Source: Tubiluchus corallicola
Taxonomy: Eukaryota; Animalia; Priapulida
NCBI GenBank assembly: GCA_030141605.1
Contig: JAQGDQ010000080.1
Location: 62,001-126,000 of the forward strand
DNA: 64,000 nt
Reading direction: 5' to 3'
Shown here: positions 13,201 to 23,374 of the stretch, piece by piece
Numbering within the stretch: position 1 is the stretch's first letter
How the letters are laid out: each line of letters starts with the position of its first letter
Program-made: the position numbers and the translations under genes
The notes under the pieces: generated by a model
Told to the model about the DNA's origin: nothing
Database searches by the model: none
The model's input: the letters and a program-made list of their open reading frames with translations, nothing else

Positions 13201-16200
13201 GACTTTGGTAGCACTTTGCTTGTGGCTATCATAATATCCAAATAATAATTTGTTAAGCAGTTTTAATTAATACTTTATTGTGAACTCATTTCATGTACGT
13301 TTTTCAGTAAATCACAGGAAACAAGAAACTAGTAGCTACTAGTAGTCTCAGTCTTTTAAATCTTTTATAACAATATAGATGTGAGTAAGCTTGGTACATA
13401 CACAGGAATTAGTACTTCCCAGCAGAATGAAGCTTACGTGATGTAAGCATTAAGACTTTGTTCGTTATTAAGATAGTCCTAGATTAAACATTGAATCAAT
13501 TGACTCATTCCCCGCAATGAGGTAAATAGTCCAGTGCAATATGTCACATGAGGCAATAGTCTCACTGGTCACCCATTTGTTTTCTAACTAGGCTTAGTAT
13601 TATTTAACTTCACAGCAAAAAACATACATGCTGTGTGACCACCCAGCTGTTGACTCCATTCCTCTGTTTGTAACCATTGGTCATGTTACATGATTACTTA
13701 TTATGACTAAATTTGTGTGTTTGCTATAAGTGTTAATTTGTTAATTTTCTTGATTTGCAGTGCTGCAGACTGGGAAGAGTTCCAGTGGCTTATATAGATT
13801 CAGAGTTGCTGAAGACAAATATGTGTTTGTACAGACTAACAGCAAATTGAGTAGAAATCCGCATACTGGAGAACAAGTTTGCGTGTCCACTCATTCTATC
13901 ATCAGGTATGCTGATATATAGCTTTGATAATTATCTAGTAACTTTCTTATATTGTGCAACAATTATGTATTGCAGAAAACAAATATTTATTTTTTGTGTC
14001 AGGCTTGTCATGCTAGATTCTAGTTTTGTAAACGAAAAATTCACAATCTTGCAGGGATTCGGATGTGCCAGTTTCGATGCAGAAACAGGTGTCTGGTCCA
14101 AAAATGGCTCCTCCAATGACGGCTAAGTCATCTGCACCTGAATATGAAAGTCCTTTTTCACGCTGGCATCAACAGCAAAGTTATATTGAAGATCTGCGCA
14201 CTAGTATGGATGAACTGCGTACTTCTGCTGGTTATAGAGACAGTAGTGCTGAAATTAATGCTCCTATTGTTAGTGTACATGGACAAATTCCAAATACATC
14301 CATGGCACCTGCATCAGACTTTAGTGCTGCAGAATTTGATCTCAATTTTTTAAACAGCCCCGTGTATGGAGAGAACACCAATGCTCGGGTGCCTAGCAGA
14401 GATGGCAGCCGCCCTAATAAAAGTCCACATGATATGATATCTCCGGGTAATGTAAGTACAGATGGACTAGAAAAAAACAGTGCAGAGAGTAACAGAATGA
14501 TGCACATGTTTTTACATAGCAGTAATGAAAGTGTTTGTAAAGAAAATACATTTAGCTGTAATCCAAGCAGAACAATGATATCACCTGGCACAGAGAGTAG
14601 TGACAAAACACCTCCAAGTAATACTATTTTAAAAGAGTTGTTGAATCAAGAAGATGAGGAGAGTAATGAATCGCGGGAGCAACCAATGCGACCACCATCA
14701 TCACGTAGTGATGCAAATCCTAGTTCCAGTCGACCAGCTAGTCGTGCCAGTACATGTGCTGGTGGAATTGTTGTTAGCGATGATGATAAGGGAAAATCGA
14801 ATAATAACCCTTTGTTGAAAGTAAGTTGTAATTTTAAATGATTTCCAAATTTATTTAATTGAATTTTATCGCATTTGAAATCAAAAATTTTAATAGTTAC
14901 TTAATGATTTCCACTGCAACAGACTTCAGCCTGGACTCCATTGCTTAGTGGTAGCCTTGTAGGACCTAATTCGAACTGCAGTATCTTGGACACATTGGAA
15001 TTTACAAATACCCTCAATGAGGTACATAGCCTGAGGCTGTAACACAGAAAACCCGCTGAAGAACGGTTTGCCCTAGCAATCGCCAGCCATTTGCTGACGA
15101 GGCCTGGCTCCTCATTCCTATTTTTACCCAAGCATATACTGTAATTGTTCTGTTACTGCTACTTGTTAATGGAAGTATAATATGTTCCTTTAACAAACTT
15201 TCCTTATTTGTCAAAATTTTCTAAATTCAAGGAATCCTTAAATACAACAGCTTCATTTTGTTTAACTTTTCCTGGATTATTACAGAGATGTGTCTTGTAA
15301 AATAAATCATAGCACATTTCTTAATGCATAATAATTTGTGCTATTTGAGAGCTAGAAGACTATGCAAAATGTGTAAATTTTTAATATGAGTTCATTGCTG
15401 CAGTCAGAAACATCTGTCCAGCTTTTAGATGATTATAATCCAGCAATTAGTTTTTTTTGTTCAATATAATCTCAGCAAATTGAAAAAAAATGTTGATTAA
15501 TGAAGTTGGCTTAAAGATGTCTGAGGCATGCTAATAGTGAATTAAATATAATTAACTAGACTGTCTAGTTGAGTTTCACATGCGTTTCATATGGAGTTTC
15601 GTATTTCCGATTCTTGACAGTAATTTTTAGATATCGAAACTATTGTAGCTTTTTATCTATTTCTAGACATGTACTTTTTGTAGAGGCAATGCACGCAGGT
15701 TCATAATATTGACAGGTCACAGAGGGCTTTGACCTTTTGTATGTCTTCACATAAGTTGATATCACTATTAATGTTGTTTTCATAGCAATTGCTGAGTGAA
15801 AAAACAGAGGATGACGAGGAACCCAAACCTTATGAATCCTTGCTCAATCAACTTATTAATGAACCGCAAGGTTCGGATGGAAATGTTCCTATAGGCAGGG
15901 TATGAAGCAGCTATGTTTCCTAGATGTCATTAGTTTCATCATTGCAAAATAACTGGAATCGTCACAACAGCATTTACATGCATGGAGTTTTTGTTGCGTG
16001 TTATAGAATAGATAAATAAAATTAGCTTGAAAATTTGTGTAGGTATTAAGAAATTTTGAGAAGCCATTGGAGATTGCTTATGACTGGGTTTGGCTTTGGT
16101 TGTGTAGAGTGTAGTTAGTACTGTTTTGGTTGTGTGCTAAGCAGTTTGGTATGTCTGTCCATGTGTCGTGTTGTCGAACATTGAGATGTGAAGTGAAAGA

Positions 16201-19200
16201 TATTATTCAGTTATTGTTGTTTGTCTTTAGGATTCTGCTGATGGTGCAGGCCCTCAAATGACAAATGTTAGAAGATCCTCCTCTACATCATCTGTGCCAC
16301 ACGAGGGCGATTCGTCTTTTTTAAATTCTATACTGGTTGGTGTGGTTGGTGAAAGTTCACACGAGTCTGATGTGATGGCTGCTCATGGGCAAGGTCTTAA
16401 AAGAAAACACGACGGTGGCAACGAAGCTGAACCATCTGCGCAGTCGCAGAAAGTGTCTCACCCTAGTAAGGTGCTTCAGAAAAATCAGATTTTGACGAAG
16501 TTGTTGTCACAACCTTACAAACAGTTACCAAGTGTTGCAACAACTATAGCTGCACCACGTCCGACTGATCTACCACATAGCAAACTACCAAAGGATCTAC
16601 GGGAGAAATTAGTACAAAAGGGGGTTCCTCCTGGACTTCCTTCCGGCAATCCCCCATCGCCTGGTTCTACAGTTCCCACCACTACAACTCATCCCGGTAC
16701 GGTAACCTCATCAACTCTTCGTCCCGACCATCCGAGTCAAGCACCTCCTCAATCTTCTCCATCTCAGTATGCACAGTCTCAGAATTCTTCACTCATGGAA
16801 AAACTGCTGGAGAATAATAACAAACCTCGTGACGGTATGAGACAACCATCTGGCATAGGCACAACGGTGGCTACTCCAGATCAGAGTAACAAGCCCATGG
16901 AATCAGAATGGGTTGTGTCAGAAGTTGCAGACTCTTCGTCGGGTGATGTGTTAGTTCAAGCAATTGTTCAAGAAGTGTTGGAATTGCAGCAGAAAATGAA
17001 TGTAGATACTCAGTCTTCACATTTAGGATCATCGTTAGGATCACAATTGGACTTTTTACAAGTACGCATAATAAATGATTTTCTACCTGTTGAAGATGCT
17101 TTTCAGTTTCATGCTGGCAGAAGGACAAATTTAGGAAAAATGTCAACAACATTTAATTATCTTATCGTCAAAAAAAATTCAATAATTTTTATTGAAGTTC
17201 TGCGTTGCCTAATGTAATCTATGATGTAATTGAATCATGAATTTCGACTAAATGTTTCAGTTCATCTAATTTGATTCAGGATGGAAGCATTGTTTTAAGT
17301 AAAATGCTTTAAGTTTCTATCAAACGAAAAGTATAAAATGTTGCCACTTCTTTTTTTGTGTTTAACTGTTTCTTTTCTATAAATTGTGCTTATTTATAAT
17401 CTTGTTCTATTTCTGCTGTTGAACTAATTCACTTTGGGATATTTTTTGATTGTTTTGACTGTTCCTGTTGATCAACAGACAGATTACTTTTCTCAAGCGT
17501 GTTACACCTATTGAACTTTATATTGGCTGTTAAGATAGCCTTTCTGCAGTCACACGCCTGCCTGCTCAATAATCAACCTGATATGTTGTTAGTTTGCCAA
17601 TGTTTGCATGATAACTGATCAGCTTAAAAATGATCATTTTGATTTTTTTCAGGAAATAAAAAAATTAGTAAGAGGTAGTGAAGAAAATGCTGGGAGTATA
17701 AAGACTGAAGCTGATACGTCTGGGTTACCCGGCCTCGAGGCTGAACCATTTTCGGTAATTTATTTATGTGTTTGAAGAAACTGAGAATTTATGCTTGTTA
17801 TTATGCAAATTGTAAATTAGTCTTTTTATTGTAATTGAGTTATAACTTTCTTGGAGCAGATTACCCTAGTCAGTTTGCATGCTACCTGTGCATTATGCAT
17901 TACATTAAGGTTTTTCTGACATTCTGGTATTTCCAGAATGGTTATATATTTTTAATATTCCATTCTGTTGAACAGAGTGGATCCCCTTGTAAACTGTTTT
18001 TTGAAGAGTTTGAAGAGGAAGTATGATGCTATGAATAAGATTTGTTTAAATGTTTTACATTTTATACTTGATAAAACACTTTTTTAATATGGTTTTTCAG
18101 TCTATTGGACCAACATCACAGTATCAGACTCCTCCACAATATGGCATGCCACCAGCATACTCAGCAGCAAACAGCTTCACTCCACAACAACAACAACAAC
18201 AACAACAACAACAGCAGGCGAGATTCCAGAACCAGCAGGTTGTGCAAGGATTTGCTCATCCGCCACAGACTCCGCAGACACCAACTACTCCACATCAAAT
18301 GCAAGGCTTTTCTCAAGGTGAATAACATTTTTGTTTTCATTATTGTCAGGCAAAATGAGTATGCCAGGTTCTAATAGTTATAGATATTAAAAAAATCAAA
18401 GATGTAGTTTTTGAGTGTGATTCATCTTTATTTGAAGTAGTTTCTCACCAAGAGGTCTTTACAATTTTTAAATGTTTAATCACATTAGGTGTATTAATAA
18501 TACAAACAGTTTGGTTTATTGATAGCTTGAAGAATTGCCAGAAAAATCTCATTTCTTTCTTATTGTTGTCTTGCTTGTAAAATTCAATTCCAAATTTGAT
18601 TTTGCAGATGTTATGTCCCAATCTCCTGGTGCCATGCCAACTCGTCATCCTTTGATGATGCCACACAAACGACAAGGACCTACGCAAGCCTGGCCACAGG
18701 TTATCATGGGTGCGAATCAGCCGCGTCCACCTCAGTACAGTCAGCATGGTGGCCCAGAGCACGTACAGTATTCTGCAGAAATGCTGGACCTTATGAATCT
18801 AAATCAAGTTGCACCGCCAAATGTAACACTGCAGGTGATTATTTCCATTTTATTTATTTCAGCCAATTGTTCTCTTTATTATGCTATTCGGCTTCTCTGT
18901 ACAGCTTGTAGGGTATTGTTTTATTATAGATTATCATAGTTATTATTTGCAGACATGCCGCTCTCAATTCTGGGATACCAAAATTTATTTCTTGAAACTT
19001 GAGCCTTGTTATTTTTTAGTAAATTATTATTTTAGCTGTTAATATTGTGTTACCAGCTATGCTAAGCACTTTGTTTTATTCGGAAAAGCATTTATACAGC
19101 TTTAGTATTTATGAAGGTTGTATTCTTTTTTCCGGTCATTTGATTTTTGGGAACTTAAATATTTAAAATACATGATCATTGGATCTTAAAAATGTTTTTA

Positions 19201-22200
19201 AAAAAATCAGAAATGCAAGTGCACCCTTCTGAATAATAAATGCTGTCATATTGCAATATTTTTTATGCATTATGATAACCCGTCTTTCGATAATTTAATT
19301 ATCTAACAATTATTTGTGACTCAAGCATTATGCATAAAGCTTTTTACTGTTTTGTTCCAGCATTCGAGCAGTCTCCCAAATTTTGCGAATCAACCATCTC
19401 ACCCTCCCAGCAGTCAACCCCATCAGTACCCACCTTATTCTCAACCCCATAGCCAGATGGGCCAGCACTTTCCTGGCCAGCATGCCCAGCAGGTAGGCGC
19501 TTAGTTTATTGTGCACCAGGCATGTTTGATTTCTACAGTATATTTCACTTCATCTTATATAAGTTATATTGCTCTTAATTTTCCCCACATATTTTTGTCA
19601 TTTTGCCTACATTGTAATTTATTGCTTATTCTTGCATATTTCAAATATTATTTTTGTGATAAGTGTTATCACACATATTTGTAATGATTGCACTTATTTC
19701 TAATGCATTTTATGACAACTTGCCATTTCAGCCAGTATTTTTTTCTATCATCTGGTGTGGAGAAAGTTTTTATTGCACTGTAGTTTTCTTATTAGTTGCA
19801 AGGGAATGACCGTATAGAAAGTTTGGTTACACTTGCATGTTAAATTTGCTTAACTTCAAGGGAGATTTCTCATATAATTAAAACGTTTTCTGAGAATTTA
19901 AACAGAAAATAATTTTCTCTTGGAGTTTGGCACACATGTAGTACGAACTTTATTGGTGTTTGGGCTTCTTTGCATTAGTCTTATTTCTGGCAGGTGTCCA
20001 CCCAGGCGCCGCATGCGCTGCAGCAGTATTGGAACATGAGATCTCCTCAGATTAGTCCCACACAGGTACTCGTTCTCATGGTTACCATAACTTTTGTGTT
20101 GAGCTGCATGGCTAAATTGTTTCAAACTGATTTGTATTACACCTCTTTAATTTGCAGTGTTCTGTTTATCACAGTAACTATTTTAGCACAGATAATAGTT
20201 TTAAATTCCTTGCACAACTGTTTGAGTAGACACTCAAATACATACGTGGCTAGGTGCATGGTAAAAATGAAAACAACAGTTCAACATTTTTTAACGGTGC
20301 AGCTGGGGAAGTCTGTTTTTTGCATGAGTTTTACCACTAACTACTTTTTATGATAAGCTGTCTGCTTATCATAAATACAATACAGTATTTATACACTAGT
20401 AATACAATTGTTTGTGATTACTTGTGAACAAGGAAAAAATGATTTCCTGACAAGGTAAAAGATATGTATTCTAGAATTGGCCGTATGTGTGTGGCAAGTT
20501 GTCAAATTTGTTGTGTACAATGGCTTGAGCTGTTATTGACAGTCTTGTTATTATTGACAGGCTTGACAATCTTGTTATTATAAAAAATTAAGTTATTTTT
20601 GTCACAAGATCTAATTGTAAAATTGAGCCTCATTTCAAGGCTTCTGTTATATTTATCTGCTGAGGTGAGAAAAGTTGTCAGTGTTTTAATATTTAATCAT
20701 TAGTATGGTGATGATGGGTGCATGGTCAACTCTGCTGTGCCTTTCAATTTTGATTTAAATTTTGCCTTATTAACTCTCATCATTAGCCCATGTTGAGTTG
20801 AAATGGTATTTTTACAAATTCACTGTTAACTAAGTTAAGAGAATTTCTTTGTAGTATGGTAGCGGTAATCCTATGGCTCGTCAAAGAGCATTTTCTGCTG
20901 GCGGTGTACAAGGGATTCGTGGACATCCTCCTTTTCCAGAGCAGCAGCAGTGTCCACCTGCAAGTATGCCTGGAAATATGTATCCTCCAGGAATGATGCA
21001 AGCACCTAGAATTGCGCGTAATCTTAGTGTTCCTGGTAATATTCAAGATTTTGTTGTTGTTTTCGAAATCTATATCTGTAATTTCTAAAGATTAAGAGAT
21101 TTTTGGCATCTCTAATTCAACTTTAAATTTTTGATATTAGAAGTCAATATCAGTAATTTCTAAAGATTCAGGAGGGATTTTTGACACTCAACTTTCGAAT
21201 TATTGATGTTACAGATGTATTGTTCATTTGTAGTGTAATAAATTTGGCTATTTTGTAATCTAGGACGAACGACTTCCCCCCGTGGTTCACAGCAAGTTAC
21301 AGCTGGTCAGTTTCCCGGTGGCCCTGAACCACTTATGTCTCCTGGTCCTCAACAACCCAGTCAAGCTCCAATTCATTCTGCACCACCATACAGCATGCAG
21401 CTCGATGGACGGCATTTTAATTTTGAGGGAAACCAGCAGAACTTCCAGTTGTATAATCAGCATCCCAATATTGATAGAGGGTAAAGAATCTTCTTCCGTA
21501 TTAACATTGGCAAAATTTATAGTACACATATTTTACTCAGTTTATTTTTGATAAAATATGGCCCACTGCAACCTGCAGTCGAGCGCTTAATGACACAATG
21601 GGATGACATACTTGTGTTGTATCATTGTTAAAGATAAGAGTCTAGGATATGTCAAGGGTAATTCTCTAAAGTGAGACTCTGAGTTGACAGACAATTCTCT
21701 GTCATATTTGGATCTATAGTATACATCATCATTCGGCAAGATATATCTATGCCCATTCTTATCCAGTGGCGTAGTGACATCATTGACTAGGACAAATTTC
21801 TTAAAAACTGTATGCAGTAATATCTTCATTATTATGCATATTGAGACTATTGTGTAATTTGTCTATTAACTTGCGTGCAATTTTTTTAGGAATCAGCAAA
21901 GAATTCCATCGAACAATAATGCACAGACTGCACAGTTGGGATCAAAATCAGAGTATGTGCGTCAAGAACTAAGAGCATTGTGTAACACTCGAACACAGCA
22001 ACAACAGCAGCAGTATACTCAACAACAGACTCAACCCTCCAGTCAACCGCCAACGCCCGTTCCACAACAACCACCAACTCCTGGTCAGGCTGAACCACAA
22101 ACACCACAGACACCTACATCTCAACATCAGCAATTCCATCATCATCAGCAGCACCACCAACAGCAGCAACAGGCTGTCGGAGATTTAGATTTAGATTCTA

Positions 22201-23374
22201 TACTTCGTGACTTGAATGAGTCATTTGGTAAGTTGTGTAAGATCAAAGGAGGTTTTCCATTCATATCCGTCTAAGTCTTCTAGATTCTATATCATGGAAA
22301 ACCTTAATTTCTTGTCCGAGATCTCAATGATATAGTCATTAGGCTAAGTGATTATTTATATTTCAGCAATGGAACCGCCAGTGAGCAATGAGAGTCCAGC
22401 TGTTGTTCAGGCTCGCAATGAGGCTAAACAACGTTATGCTCAATTTCTTCAACTCTCAGGTATGGTACTCGATGCTTAAATATCTATAACATGTACTTTT
22501 ACACATGTAACACTTGTTGCAAAAATGACGTAAATTTTTTGTTTGTGAAATGTTTTAGGTTGTAGTTGTAATTTTTGGTTGTATTTGCTCATTAATAATT
22601 AAATCATTTATTTTTGAAAGTAGCTCATTAAAAATGTCTAGAGATGGTATGTTTTTTTTAAAATTTGATTGTTTGACAATAAAATTTCTATGTTCATTAA
22701 TAACATAGACAAATTTTTTACACTCTCATAACTGCGTAAAACTGAATAATTATTTAACTCATAATGCTTACCACATATTATCAAAGAAAGTATTGCTACA
22801 TTTGCTATATTGATATACAGTTCGATTCTTGCTTCCAGTTTAGTGTTTTTAACTTTGCTCAATATTTTCTTTATTTTGCCTTTAGGTGGAGGCAGTATGC
22901 CAGGGTTTTCTGCCCAGCAACCGCTTCCACAACAACCTCAGCCAGCATATCCTAGCGCACAACAAGTACAGGTAACCACACCTCCTATCAGTGATGACCC
23001 TGAAGTGAAGGCATCTAATCTGTTCCGGAATCAGTTGCTTTCATCAGAACCCCCTGGGAGTAGTACAAAGCCAATACATCGGCTATCTGATGGAAATGTT
23101 ATGACACAAGTTAGGATACAGCAAACGGGAGAGAATCCTAGGGTTTGTATTGCATTTTTCTACAGTTATATTTACTGATAGTATGTATTTGCTATTGCTT
23201 ATTCAAACAAAGTGTGTTTGTTTATGAAATGTGATGAAGATGTTTGTGCATGCATATTTATTTGGTATGCAACAATTTTTACAGATAGTACATGTTTAAT
23301 TGCAGCCTGTACCAGATGAAAAACATCATCCAGAGGTCAAAAAAAGTTTATTGCAAAAACTGCTGAGCGATTGA
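6718..23374 (+). CDS. NCOA: Nuclear receptor coactivator, p160/SRC/Taiman family (bHLH-PAS), 22 coding exons, about 1579 aa
   Basis: Hand-spliced exons 6718-6788, 7330-7505, 9420-9517, 9943-10032, 10328-10415, 11012-11221, 12062-12307, 13761-13905, 14055-14820, 15786-15899, 16231-17061, 17653-17754, 18101-18317, 18608-18834, 19361-19492, 19994-20065, 20855-21035, 21264-21480, 21890-22227, 22367-22459, 22886-23142, 23306-23374 sum to 4740 nt with matching phases. Family motifs: [54 protein letters not shown], LxxLL boxes, C-terminal [10 protein letters not shown]. Confidence 0.95.
7330..7505 (+). CDS. NCOA: NCOA exon 2, bHLH domain
   Basis: [58 protein letters not shown]; ttacag acceptor, gtaaac donor. 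Confidence 0.95.
9420..9517 (+). CDS. NCOA: NCOA exon 3, bHLH-PAS linker
   Basis: [33 protein letters not shown]; tttcag / gtaaat. Confidence 0.93.
9943..10032 (+). CDS. NCOA: NCOA exon 4, PAS-A start
   Basis: [30 protein letters not shown]; tttcag / gtaaag. Confidence 0.95.
10147..10234. repeat. (AAT)n followed by (ATT)n microsatellite forming a palindrome
   Basis: About 18 AAT units then 9 ATT units, centre aatatt 10205-10210. Confidence 0.95.
10328..10415 (+). CDS. NCOA: NCOA exon 5, PAS-A; ends at a predicted GC donor
   Basis: [29 protein letters not shown]; ttgcag acceptor; AG|gcatgt gives the required phase 1. Confidence 0.85.
11012..11221 (+). CDS. NCOA: NCOA exon 6, PAS-A C-terminal part
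   Basis: [25 protein letters not shown]...[12 protein letters not shown]; tttcag / gtaggt. Confidence 0.9.
12062..12307 (+). CDS. NCOA: NCOA exon 7, end of PAS-A and start of PAS-B
   Basis: [11 protein letters not shown]...[15 protein letters not shown]; tttcag / gtatgt. Confidence 0.93.
13761..13905 (+). CDS. NCOA: NCOA exon 8, PAS-B
   Basis: [30 protein letters not shown]...STHSIIR; ttgcag / gtatgc. Confidence 0.93.
14055..14820 (+). CDS. NCOA: NCOA exon 9, S/P-rich region with NR box LKELL
   Basis: Long open frame, ILKELLNQ (LKELL at 14629-14643), ends NPLLK|gtaagt. Confidence 0.92.
15786..15899 (+). CDS. NCOA: NCOA exon 10, completes LKQLL box
   Basis: [38 protein letters not shown]; catag / gtatga. 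Confidence 0.88.
16231..17061 (+). CDS. NCOA: NCOA exon 11, NR box LTKLL and S/P/T-rich region
   Basis: 831 nt open frame, [19 protein letters not shown]; tttag / gtacgc. Confidence 0.9.
17653..17754 (+). CDS. NCOA: NCOA exon 12
   Basis: [34 protein letters not shown]; tttcag / gtaatt; phase 0-0. Confidence 0.8.
18101..18317 (+). CDS. NCOA: NCOA exon 13, poly-Q
   Basis: [14 protein letters not shown]...Q11...GFSQ; tttcag / gtgaat. Confidence 0.88.
18185..18217 (+). repeat. (CAA)9(CAG)2 coding poly-Q
   Basis: Direct reading within exon 13. Confidence 0.9.
18608..18834 (+). CDS. NCOA: NCOA exon 14 (PPNVTL motif)
   Basis: [11 protein letters not shown]...[12 protein letters not shown]; ttgcag / gtgatt. 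Confidence 0.88.
19361..19492 (+). CDS. NCOA: NCOA exon 15, Q/P/H-rich
   Basis: [16 protein letters not shown]...HAQQ; ttccag / gtaggc. Confidence 0.85.
19994..20065 (+). CDS. NCOA: NCOA exon 16
   Basis: [24 protein letters not shown]; ggcag / gtactc; 72 nt phase 0-0, could be a cassette. Confidence 0.75.
20855..21035 (+). CDS. NCOA: NCOA exon 17
   Basis: [17 protein letters not shown]...ARNLSVP; ttgtag / gtaata. Confidence 0.85.
21078..21215. repeat. Degenerate tandem repeat of about 73 bp in NCOA intron 17
   Basis: gtaatttctaaagatt...tcaacttt-aatt-ttgat-tta occurs twice. Confidence 0.75.
21264..21480 (+). CDS. NCOA: NCOA exon 18
   Basis: [32 protein letters not shown]...NIDR; atctag / gtaaag. 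Confidence 0.85.
21890..22227 (+). CDS. NCOA: NCOA exon 19 (SEYVRQELR motif, Q-rich)
   Basis: NQQRIP...[22 protein letters not shown]...[15 protein letters not shown]; ttttag / gtaagt. Confidence 0.9.
22367..22459 (+). CDS. NCOA: NCOA exon 20
   Basis: [31 protein letters not shown]; tttcag / gtatgg; phase 1-1. Confidence 0.82.
22886..23142 (+). CDS. NCOA: NCOA exon 21
   Basis: [13 protein letters not shown]...[10 protein letters not shown]...GENPR; tttag / gtttgt. Confidence 0.85.
23306..23374 (+). CDS. NCOA: NCOA exon 22, terminal LxxLL box and stop
   Basis: [22 protein letters not shown], like the C-terminal KSLLQQLLTE box of SRC-1a; ttgcag acceptor. Confidence 0.92.
   Translation, partial: PVPDEKHHPEVKKSLLQKLLSD

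Noticed and set aside
14232-14606. 124-aa minus-strand ORF and similar antisense ORFs (16871, 18445, 20783, 21969)
   Set aside because: Shadow frames of NCOA exons
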